This document shows, in pieces, positions 39,701 through 51,700 of a DNA stretch of 64,000 nt. Under the pieces are notes generated by a model, which saw nothing but the letters and a program-made list of their open reading frames with translations, had not been told where the DNA came from and did no database searches. The translations under genes were made by a program, and so were the position numbers. This DNA is from Camelus dromedarius (Eukaryota). Each line of letters starts with the position of its first letter. Positions within the stretch are counted from its first letter, which is position 1. The stretch spans positions 119,600,001-119,664,000 of the forward strand of contig NC_087437.1 in assembly GCF_036321535.1 (NCBI RefSeq), read 5' to 3'.

Positions 39701-42700
39701 GTGAGTACCACTCCCTGGGCTCGTGCCTGGGGCCCAGAGCCCACCCTTCTGTGGCCGCAGAACTGCAGGGGCTCAGAGCACGTACTTCCTGTGGAAGGGG
39801 TGAACCATGCGGGCTAGAGACTATCTCAAAATAGGGTCTTTTCTGCTTTCATAAACGACACCATCTTTGCCTTTTAACGACAAACTCTGCTGGCTGGTGA
39901 CGGGTGGGGGACCCTGAAATTTGTGAAAATTGGAACTAGGGTTTGGAGGAGCTTGGGGCCTGGCTGTACCCTCTCTGCGGGCAGCCCAGTGAATCTGAGA
40001 CGGCGTTTCACTCTAATTTGAAAGCCCCAAAGTCGGGGGGTCTCTGTTGTTGAGACCCGTTGAAATAAACAAGACTGCGTTTCTAAATGTGCAGGGAAAC
40101 TGTCCGTCCTCAGGGGGATCTCTTAATGTCTGGTCATGAAGGGAGATGGTCACGGAACTCCCCCAGCAGGGCTGGCGCGATCCTGCTCACCCAAGGAGAA
40201 GGGCCACGCGGACTGCAGTCTCAGGAGTACCCCCTCGGAGAGGCGGGTACCACAGAACAAGGAGGCCGACATCGGGGTGCGGCTTCCACGGGGAACCAGG
40301 TTCTTAGACCTGCCCTTTCCACGTGCTTATTTGCAAGGGAGGTGCATCTGAAGTCCCTTGGTAACGTGGATTTGGGTGGGGGCAAACTTTCCTTCAATGG
40401 ATAACAAACCTGTGACCCAACTGGATGGAATGACTGGACCGCTTTCCTCCCCAACCCGTCGGGACCTCGTCATCGCACGTATCGTGGTAAATGGGGGTCT
40501 GTGCGATGGCAGTAGAACCAAGCGTGTGCCGGGTGCCTGCCGGGTGCCGACACCACCCATCAGAGGCAGACGGGGCCGGAGGCCAGGGAGGGCGGGTGGT
40601 GGGAGGGCAGGGCGGGCACCCCTCTCCCAGGGACTGGAAAGCCTTAGGGACGTGACCAAAGCTACCGCTGGAAGCAGACTCAAAATTCCTTCCGCTGTAA
40701 GCGTTAGCCATGTGTCAGAGGTGGAGGAGCGTGTCTTTAACGTCTTCCTGAGGCTGAAGCCCGGGGTAGGGCCCCTGCTAACCACTCAGGAAGCCTCACC
40801 CCGGGGCCTGTACCCTCCAAACCAGCGTCCCCGGGCACCATGCCTCCTTGACACCCCGGCTACCTCCAGGCTGAGTTCCTGGATGGATTCCCTTCGCCAC
40901 ACTGCATTCTGTCTGGTGTGGTCCCCTTCAGGTAAACTCAGTGCAGCATACTTACACGCCAGTTTCAACAATGAGTAAGACACGGTTACTCCCAGGGAAC
41001 TCGCAGGCAGGCAGGCGGACACAAGTCCAATGAGATGAGGGGCCAGTGACCACACGTGCAGTGGGGAAACGCAGGAGGGCCGCACATCCACCCTGCTTGG
41101 GTGGTCCGGGGAAGGCTTCCTGGAAAAGGAAGACTTCTGAGAGGAGCCTGGAAGGCCCAGTGTCGTTCCTCTCAGGGCAGGTCGGCACCGCGCTGCATCT
41201 TGGCAAGGAGGCAGGAGTGAGAGCCAGGGACGTGACTCTGCATAACCAAATGGAGGGTCCGAGAGTGGGAGCATCTGGCTGGGGAGCAGGGTGCATGGGG
41301 TAGGGCTGGGGAGGCCGGATTCTGGCATGGCTGCCCCTCAGGCATGAGTCCTTGGACTTCTGGCCAGGGACAGGGGGTGGGAGCCAGGGAAGGAAAATGA
41401 TGGGGGAAGATGTAAGCTGTCTGCATTTCCAAAACCACAGTGATGCCACGAGGGCAGAGGCCTGCATCCCCCACTGAGACCTCGCCATTTAGCCCTGGAT
41501 GGGGGACCCCTGAAGGTCCCGGGAGTAGCAGGGACACCCCTGCCTCTCTGACCTTTTCTAAGGAGTAGAAGGCGGGTTCTGAGACCTCCCTGTCTCCCGA
41601 TTCCCTACAGGCTAAAGGCATTGGCAGCTACTGGAAGGAAGACTGTGGAGGAGGCCTCAGACTGGTGAGTGGGGTGCCCACAGGGGCCGGGAGGGCTCCG
41701 CAGGGGGGACACTGCTCACTCTGGGCGGGCGGTGGCACCTCCATGCTACCCACCCAGCGCCCAGGGAGAGGCGCAAAGAGCCCGCATTTAAAATGGAAAA
41801 CAGAAGAGAGAGAACTTTGAACAAAGCTTTCTTCCCTTAAAAGTCTGATTTAACCCAGGCATGATTGTCAATGAAGAAAAATATTCATGTGATTTGTTGA
41901 ATAAATTGGGAAGTGCCATTTTTGCTGATAGGAAAAGGAGGTTGCTGCCTCAGATGGGGCGAGAGCTTGTGGGTGGCCATGAACGCCCCCTGAGACTTAA
42001 GGGCACCAGGTTCTTGGAGGCGGGGGCGCTGGTTCCGGAGGCTCCACCCTCCCAGCTCGGCCGCCGCCCACGGCTCCGGTTTTCTGCGCTGGGAATCAAA
42101 GGGGGCACCCCATCTCTAAGACCCAGTCCTGCCTGCGTGTGCCATGATGCTATCATCCTGCCCTTTGGCGGGAAGTCCCCTCGCGTTCTGCCCCGGAATA
42201 GCTGTAGTGAAAACCAAGCAAAAAACCCAGGTCCCATCAGGCTGGGGTGCCCCCCCCCTCCAGAGCAGGGTGGCAAATACCCACACTGGGTCTCTGAGCG
42301 TCCAGCATGTCCTCGAAAAGCTTAGGCCAAGGGCAAAAAGGCACCCCCTGTGCAGAGAAACACCCAGGACCCTCTGGGCTAGAGTAACTCTGAAGTCAGT
42401 TACCACATTTGAATTAAAAATCAAACCCCCTGCTGTACGAGTGCTGGTTGGTTCCTGCCAGTGACGACTCAGTGGAAAAGGCCAGCAGACCCACCAGGAA
42501 CAGGGAGGCGTGGGGCCCCTGGACTCTGCAAGAGTGGCCCCAACCTCACTCCTAACAGGGAGGTGCAAATTAGGGTGCTGGGAGCAACAAAAGGCAGCTT
42601 TAAGCATTGGTGGGGATGAGGAGAATGTGGTCTCAGTTTCCAGGTTGCAGTCTAGGGTGACTCTCAACCCCGAAAATGTGTGTAGCCACAGCCTACCAGT

Positions 42701-45700
42701 TCATGCCTGAGTATATTCCGTGGCGAAACACAAGGGGCCTAAAGAGACACGCACAAAGGTCTTGACTACAGTGCTATGACATTGCAAAAAAAAGGGAACC
42801 AATGTACATGCCCATCAATGGCCTGGATGGACAGAATATCACTCATGCAGACAGTGGAACGTGTTACAGCCCTTAGACGGTTCGTGCTGACACACTTAAC
42901 TAGATGGCTGTGTATACGCTGCGAAAATGTCTTAAGTAAAAAATGCAAGTTGCAGAATAATTTGAAGAACTGCTTCTGATTTATATAAAACACACACAAG
43001 TGCTATGTATGGATTCGTTACCTACATGTCTAGTAGAAAGCAAAGCGGATTATGAACTGAGTTGCCGCTAGACAAGTGAGCCAGGGAAGGCAGCCAGGAT
43101 GAAGGGGACACAGCTTCCTCCACTGGCATTTTTGTATTATTATTATGAGAAGGTATCTGTGCACGTCGAATGTTTTCTCAAGTGGTTGTATACCGATTCC
43201 TAAATTTCATATCATGTCACAAGCACTTCTTGGAGGTATCAGAAACTATTCAAATCCATAATTTCTAACAAGTACCTGATGTATAAATTTACCATTATTT
43301 ATCTAGTTTTTCCTTCTTTCCCATTAAAAATCACTGTACAGTAAATGTCTACGCAGGCCATTGTATTAATCGCCTTTGCTTTTTCCTTTGGACCCATGTC
43401 TGGAAGTGGAGTTATTAGTGCAGAAGGAAGAGGAGTTTAAAGGCTCTGACACACGTGGGCAAGTGGCTTCATATAAAGGCTGCAGAGATTCATCCTCAAG
43501 TCTCAGCACCTTTGACACGACTGAGCGTAACTTTTATCCCCTGAAAGACATTCTGTTCACTTGACAAATAAGAAAAGTGGTGTCTCATGCCTGTCTCCAT
43601 TTCTTTCTTTTTATTGGTGAGCATGAACTTGAATTTGGGGCTGTCCATCATTTTTCCTAGTACTTAAAATAACTTTCCAAATTGACAGAAAATACAGGTC
43701 TTTGTGGCTTTGATTTTTATACTTAATTTGAAGTTTGGGATAAAATTAAAATGTCCGTCTTTCCCATATAATTTTCAACCCTAAGGAGATGCCTGGCCCC
43801 CAAAGATCATTAGAAAACCAGGTTCTGAGCGTTACTGTCACCTGTCTCTCCTCTCGGTCTTCGGGCCTGGGAATCAGACCAGCTGGCGCTGAGACCGGCC
43901 GGACGCCGACCTGCTCCGCGGTTGCGCCGCGCCCCGGGCTTGCTGAGCCTCGCCGGGCGTGCAGCTTGGTGCTCTGCGCGGCCTGTCAGTCTGAGATGCG
44001 GTCCCGCTCCATCCTCCCCGGGGAAAGACTCTTCACAACAGGTGAACATGTCCCATCCTCTGTTGCAGGCTGCACTCCCACTGCAATGACCCTTCTCTCA
44101 ACGACCCCATTCCCCAGGAATACGCCCTTTTCCTCTGCCCCACGGGGTCCCTGCTGGAAAAACTCCAGGAGTTCTGGAGAGAGAGCAAGAGGCAGTGTGC
44201 GAAGAACAGAGCTCACGAGGTCTTCCCTCACATAACGCTCTGTGACTTCTTCACGGTGAGTCCGCCCAATGCGCCTTTAACGCTCATTAACATGGCGACA
44301 GCTGAAGTCATTTTCTGCGATAACTGGGCAGTGATGGGACAAAACTGAGGGCAGCCACAGGATTTTCTTTCAAGGAATGATCTGCAGTGGTGGTGTTAGC
44401 TGGCCTCTTTGGGTGAGATAGCCTTTACTTTCCTCCTCATCTTTGTCAGGTCAACTCCTATTCATTCTTCAGAACCCAACTCATTTATCCCCTCCCTTTT
44501 TTAAGTATTCCTCAGCTCTCTAGGCGGAAAAGGGTGCTGCTTTTTGTGCTCCCACCAGCTTCTCATTTCTATCGCTGATGACACTTTCCCTGTTGTATGG
44601 CAACGTGTCTGGTGCAGCTCTGTATCCCTCACTGGACTGAAATCCTCAAGGAAAGGAGGATGCCTCACTCACTGTGGGACCCGCTGAGACTAGCACAGTG
44701 CCTCAAACAGAGTGGGTGCTTCACAAGTGTGTGATGGATCAATTGGAGAATGGGAGATTATTGGCCAGTCATAGAGGCAGAACTTCTCCCTGCCTTGGGG
44801 ACCAGCCCTCTGCTCATAAAATAGTCAGATGGGCAGCTCCATAGGCATTCTGGGAAGGTGAGGAGGACCTGGGATGCTCAAAAGACAAGAGGAAAGGTGC
44901 GAAGCAGGGAAGGAGGGACACCACCTCCTCTGTGGCTCTGGACCAGGGAAGCCTGGAGACCTCCCTGGCCCCGCCCCGGCTCTGCTGCCAGCAAGCTCTA
45001 AGTGTCCCACTGGGGCCAGGGAGCCCTCCATTCCAGGCTCCTGTGCGCTGCATGGAAAGGAGGACGCAGACCTCGAGGGAAGGTTTCCAGAAGATGCACA
45101 GGAGAAGCGGCACCTTCCCAAGCCCCTGCCAATAATCCTCATTTGCTGGGCTGGTGGCATTTGTGACATTCGGGCTCCTTTCTGGCTGTCCTTGGAGTTC
45201 ATCAGGGAAAGAAGAGGCAGCTGGGCTGCGGTAAACATGACCTTAGAAATGGACATGCTTGGCCGTGGGGGAGAGAGCGCTGGCCTGGGCTTCCATCTCC
45301 TTCAACCATCTCTACACTGCGGTGTGTACACGCCTGCACATGCACACACATGCGCGCACACACACACACATACGCATACACACAAACCATGTCACGCACA
45401 GATGCACACACAGACCCACACACACAAACCATGTCACGCACAGATGCACACACAGACACACACACACATATACTGTAAATGAAAAATATTTCAGCCATCA
45501 AGTCATCAGCCTCTACCACCACCCTCAACAGTAAGCGGAGGGAACTCAGGATGCAGACAAGCAGGCAGCCTGGCCTCTGCTGCCACCCCCAGCAGAGCCC
45601 CCTGGGGGGGCTCAGGATGTGGACGAAGAGGATGCTGCCCTAGACAGCAAAGGTGCAGATCAGAGGAGTGACTTCAATGAGCCCAGCCCTTTGCACCTTC

Positions 45701-48700
45701 CCACACACAGAAAAGCGCTAAATTCCTTAACTTGAGATGTCTGGTTTTCTTTAATTAACAGTCATCTTTCGATTTTCTGACTACCTGGTCTTTGTTGCGA
45801 AAACTCATATGCATCCTGGCTTCTACCTTGCCTCTTTGGAGCCGTCTCTTAGGGCGATCTGAGAGGCCGTGTCCCGGGCTCAGGTCCTTGGAAAGTCGCT
45901 GAATAAAACATAATGCTCAGCTCTTAGGCTGTGACTTTTATTTCAGTCGGCAGTATATACAGACACACACAATGTCACACACAGATACACAGAAACAGAC
46001 CGTGTCACACAGACACAGACAGACAGACACACACACACACACATAAACACACCTCCCTTCTGCTGAGCCTCCTGGTCCCCCCACCCCTGCCCCACCCTGC
46101 CTTGGTGGCCGAGAGCCCCTTCCCAGCAGAAGCGTGTAACAGGGTCTCTCTCTGCCTTTGACTTGAGAACGTGCGGCCCCCAGGTGGTGGCGTCCACTGC
46201 AGCTCTGTTTATAACATGGCTCTGAGCGTCCAGATCAATGTCTGAGACCGAGAAACACCACGTGGCCAGCTGTTCCCCCACGTGCAGTGGTGCCCACTGC
46301 TTTCCAGGCCCGCGAGGGCTGCAAAGACAGAGCCCACAGGGTTTTGTGAGTTTAGTGAGCCCCCAGTTCGGAGGGGGGAGAAAGTGTCCATTAAAAGCGA
46401 CTATAAGGTTTATCCCTCAGAGACTAAGGAGTGCGTGGGAAATTCAGAAGGAGCCCGTGGCTGGGGAGAGCAGGGACCGGCCAGCCTCCCATGGGGGTCG
46501 CCGTGTCCAGGTCCTACGGGGGTCCCACGTGGCCTCACAGAGTCTTCCGTGTGGAGGAAGGGCTTCAAGTTGAGGTGGCGGCTTGGGCAGCGCTGAGCCC
46601 AGGAGCCAGGAGGCACTCGGTCTGGCTGGAAGGCGGGTGATGAGTGACAGGCGGGGGGTGACGAGGAGCTTGGACCTTGGAGGACACGCTGTCAGGGACA
46701 AGGATGGCTCAGTCACTGACTGAGAGCGTGGTCCGCTGCTGGCTACGACTCTCCTCGGTGGGGTAGGTTCTGAGCAGGGCACCTGGGGCCGCCTCAAGGC
46801 CGACGCTGTGGGCCCGGGAGAGGAGGGGGCTCCAGAAGCAATGCAGGGTTGCGTCACCGCGAGGTGGAGTGAGTGAGGGGTGGAGTTAGACGGACAGGGG
46901 ACTTCCCGCCTGGGCACTTAAAGGGTATTCCATCCCCAAAAGAACTTTACCCGAATTGTCTAAGAAACTGGGAACCAGCTGTAGAGCAAATCCATAGCCC
47001 CGAACGCCAGGACCAGTTGCATTATGTTATAGTGTCACAAGCACAAAAGAGCCTCCCGTGTCGGGTGACTTTTATTCATTACGGTAACAGGTGACCATCC
47101 TGTCTCTGTCCCTCAGTGCGAAGACCAGAAGGTGGAGTGTCTGTACGAGGCACTGAAGCGAGCCGGGGACCGGGTCCTGGGGACCTTCCCCGCGGCTGTG
47201 CCCCTGGTTCTCCACTCCTCCATCAGCTACCTGGGCTTCTTCGTGAGCGACGGCCCCGCAGACATCATCCGGGAATTTGCCGTGATGTTCGCCTCGGAAG
47301 CCTCGTCCTTGGCAGGTAGGCAGGGCCCGGTGCCGAGGAAGGGACCCCTTTTGTGCCTGGGGCTGAGCTCCCGCACTCGGATGCGATAGGCGGACCACGA
47401 GTGCAGGCTGTTCTCCGATGTCAGCCGGCTGGAGGCCTGGCTGGCCTGGTCTCCGGGGCAGGGGGTGCACATGCCCTCACCGGGCCACTTCCGCCCCCAC
47501 CTGCTCTTTCCCACCGGCAACCGGGACACAGCCTTAACCTAAAGCTGAACAATTAGTCAGAGCCTCCCTACTGGGCTGGGATGTCCTTCAAAACCGTGAG
47601 CGAACAGAGACTCAGAACCAGCAGAAGGCTGTCCTCTAAGTGGGAGCAGCCTCGTCTGCAGGGATGTGGTTTTTTCAAAACACTCAGTCATAGTCCAGCC
47701 ACCTGGGAGATTGTCCCAGGAGGGGACGTTATGTGGCTCCGAGGAGACGGGGGAGTGTCGGCTGGTGTGCACACTGGGGGTTGGGGAACCCCCAGCCCTA
47801 TGTGTCTCCCCCTCCCCAAGGTCTCTCTCCTCACAGGGCCAGCGCTGTGTGTAAACACAAGTCCTAGACGGTTCATTTTCATTTTTTAGGTGTGAGCATA
47901 GCCTTGCCTCCTTGGCCTCTTGGGGGAAAGATTATTTAGACTCACTTTGAGAATTAGCCGAATTCCCTTTTCTCCAACACCAGCCGGGGTCTGGAGACTG
48001 AGGTGCCAGCTGGGGTTTAGAGGGAACTCTGCCCCTGACCTCAGGCGCGAATTCTCCCTCATCTCCACTTAGGGATGTGCCCCTAATCACCTGCTCTAAC
48101 CCCCGAGCCATTTTCTGCAGCCTGTTTGGGGAACTTCCTGGCACCCAGAGGTGCTTGGTCCTGCTGTGATTTGCTGAGTCTGAAACTCGAGGAGACCGCA
48201 GTACCCGGGGGAGGGGCCGTCCCTGCCCCCCGCAGACGTGTACGCACGTGTATCCCAGCCACGTGGCCAGGTTCCTTGGCCCCAGGTTTCCATCTGGATG
48301 CTGGCTTGTTGGGTCTGGGGTCATATTTGCTAGATCATTATAAACATACCTGCGTCTTTGAGGACTGGTCTCCTTTCTGTAAACGTGTGTCCAAAGGACA
48401 GCTCTTTAATCTCCTCATCTCTAAATGGACAACGTGGCTCTTGTCCTGATGAAAAGTGTCAGCTACTGGCCTCCGAACAGGCACAGCACCCCGCTGACTC
48501 TTCGTGCCCCCCCTCCGAATGGCTCTCAATGGTCCCATTTTAGAAAGGAGTGACCAGGGCTGTGAAGGATAAAGTGTTTGCCCAAGGTCACTGTCATGGG
48601 TTGAAAAGTGTCCCCTAAAATTCACGTCCTCCCAGAAGCTCAGAGAAGGACCTTATTTGGAAATAGGGTCTTTGTAGGTATAATTAATTGAGGTCACACC

Positions 48701-51700
48701 GGAGTAGGGCAGGCCCTAAACCCAACATCTGGGGTCCTTGTAAGATGAGGAGAAGATGCAGGGAGACACAGAGAGGCCATGTGACACTGGACGCAGGCAC
48801 TGCAGGGGCGCGGCCACAAGCCAAGGAAGGCCAGGAGCCACCAGGAGCTGGAGGAGCAAGGGAGGACCTTCCCCAGAGCCTGCAGAGGGGGCTGGCCAGC
48901 CGCCACCTTGGCTTTGGACTTCTGGCCTCCGAATTCTGAGAAGAAATGTCTGTTGTCCTAAGCCACCCAGTGTGTGGCAGTCTGTGACAACAGCTCAGGA
49001 AACCAACAGAGTCCCCTAACCAGTGGGGGCCGGATCTGGCACTGGCTTTTGTGCTGGCCGGCCCTGCTTCCTGGGGGGGCCGGCTCTGACCTCCTGCCCC
49101 TCACCTGACCCTGGGCAGGCTCCGCCCGGCCCTTCCACAGCCTGTGCCCTGGGCCGACTCCGACCCGGTGGGTCCTCTCCAGCAAGTGTGTCCCTTGCCA
49201 CCTTGGCGTCCCCAGGGCCACGCTCACTCAGACGCCGGTTCCTCCGTGATCTCTCTGATAAGGACCGGCGGGCCTTTCCCAGGCCACGCTGACTCACAGG
49301 GCACGGCCATCCTCCCCTGCTCGGCTGAAACACCCGAGAAAAGGAATTTCCCCGCCACCCACACACTCTCTTGCTTCAGGCTTCTCACCCCCGCAGCTCA
49401 GGGCGTGGAGACCTCACTGGTTTCCCCTTTGGTCACAAAGTCTCAGCTAGAGGGTGGAAGACAAGGGTGGGGCCAAGTCTGGGCTCCCGGAAGCGCTTGC
49501 ATCTCCTTTGACTTTTTTAGGGGGTGCGGTGGGGAGGAGGGCAGAGCCTGCGTGTGGCTAAGGGTGGCCCATGGGAAAGGGGGCAGATAACTAATGCTAC
49601 CTGAGTCTCCTGAGGACCTGACAGTTAGGAGACCGGTTTCCCACGACAGCCCTGCGGGCCGCCGTCCTCACCTCAAGTCATTGCCGTGGAAACTGAAGCT
49701 GAGTCAGACCAGGATGCTCCCAAGGTCACCTGCCAGACGGGGCAGGATGGGTCTACAGCCAGGTCTGTCTGACTCCAAAGTCTGTGCCCTTCCTCTGATC
49801 ACCGCCACCCTGGAACATAGGGGCCTGGCAGCCTGGCTGATGTTAGATCCTGGCTGCTTCGGGGTGCTGCCGCCCACTGACCTGAGAGCTCTGGGAGGAG
49901 GGACACGAGGGCTGGGGCCACGAGGACAGAGGTCACTCAAAAAGGCCAGGGCCCGGCCGCTCCGAGGGCACCCGCCTCACCAGAGCGGCCGCTGTTAGAG
50001 GGGCTGCCGTGCTTGCCGGAGGCGCATTGCCCGGGGCCTTTTCTTCCAAAGACTCTGCAAATGAACAGAAAGCCGACGACCCGGAGCCTGCCCGAGCCAC
50101 CCACCCCGGCCACTGAGCAACTGTGCATCCCAGGGGATGCAGATTTTAATCATTTGGGCAACTAGCTTGCAAACTGGTAGGCCACAGACCATCCCCCCGC
50201 CCCAAAAAGAACCCTGTATCTCCACACCCGCCGCTTTCCCACTTCCTCGTACAATCTGCAGGCGCCCAGTCATCTCCTTACTAATGAGGTGACCTCTGTG
50301 CCACGACGCCATCGGGGCCGAGTGTCTGCCTTGCGGAGGAAGCCCCGCCCGGTGCAGGGGGGTGGGGCAGAGGCTCCACGCATAAGGGCGTTTTCACCGC
50401 CAACCTGGGCGCGTAGCTGCCCTGGGACAGGGCGCCCCCGGGCGTGCGGTGCTGACGGTTTGGGTACAGGTGCCCAGCGCCCCCATTTGCCTGATTTCAC
50501 AGACTGCACCGTGAAGCCTTGCACCAAGCAGCTGCATCTGACCCTGGCCCACAAGTTCTACCCCCACCACCAGAGGACGCTGGAGCAGCTGGCCAGAGCC
50601 ATCCCCCTGGGCCACAGCTGCCAGTGGACCGCCGCGCTCTACTCCCGGGACATGCGCTTCGTACACTACCAGGTGAGCAAACCCGGGCCTGGGGGCCCGG
50701 CCAGGGACGCCCCAGCCAGGCTGTCGGGCTGGGTCCCCCCACAGGAACAGGTGCATGGCTCCCCTTCTGGCAGAGCACTGGCCCCAGGGCCCTTGGCTGG
50801 AGGAACTTTAGAAGCAGGAATAACTTCTACTCTTTTTCCAAAATCACTTTGTTGTCTGCATTTTGAAATCAACATTCTTTTGTAAGTGAGTTGCAAACAC
50901 ATAGAAATTTGGGGAAAAAATGGAAAAATTTCTGGTATTAGAAATGCACCATTATAATTAAAGAGGAAATAAAAAATGCACCATTGCAAAGGCTTATAAT
51001 GGAATACACTGGGTTGCTTATCAACTATTTAATGACTTGAGTGAAGTCGCATTCCAGGACTTCCTCCCCATGGAACTGGTTGGTTTAGACAGGAAGCTTG
51101 TCCTCCTTTCAGACCCATGGAGTAAGCGTGACCGAATCCACCGCGTTCCCTGGTGTGGGAGATGCTGCAAATCACCTCACTCCAAGGAGGGTGGATGTGA
51201 GCATCTCGTTACACTTTGAGAATTTTCATATAAGAAACACGTAAATAGAGATAATAGTAAGACGGATAGGGACAGATACCAAAATTCACTTCTAAATGCA
51301 CCCACAGAAGCCTATGCATCCTTTTGTTCTATCCTACTGTCATCAACAAAGGCTTGGATGCGTCTTAGAGACGCAGAAGCCATCAGGGGAGCCTGAGAGC
51401 AAAGACCCTCCCAATGCTCTTTCCCAGCACACGTCCTTGCTCGAGACATGAGGACACTTGCCTCCTTTCTAGACCCTGAGGGTCCTGTACCAGTACAACC
51501 CCCAGAACGTGGATGAGCTGATGCTGAGTCCCGGCGACCACGTCTTCGTGGACCCCACTCAGCAGGAGGAAGCCAGCGAGGGCTGGGTGATTGGGACCTC
51601 GCAGTGGACCGGCTGCCGGGGCTTCCTGCCCGAGAACTACACAGAGCGGGTCAGCGAGTGTGACACGTGGGTGAAGCACAGGTGAGTGTCGCTCCGCCGC

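Noticed and set aside
40358..40978. 206-aa ORF in UBASH3A intron 1
   Set aside because: No recognisable domain or splice context; consistent with stop-codon scarcity in GC-rich DNA.
45381..45457. Spaced direct repeats suggestive of CRISPR (also short duplications at 63101-63138 and 5825-5861)
   Set aside because: Two-copy tandem duplications in mammalian DNA with no unique spacers or cas genes.
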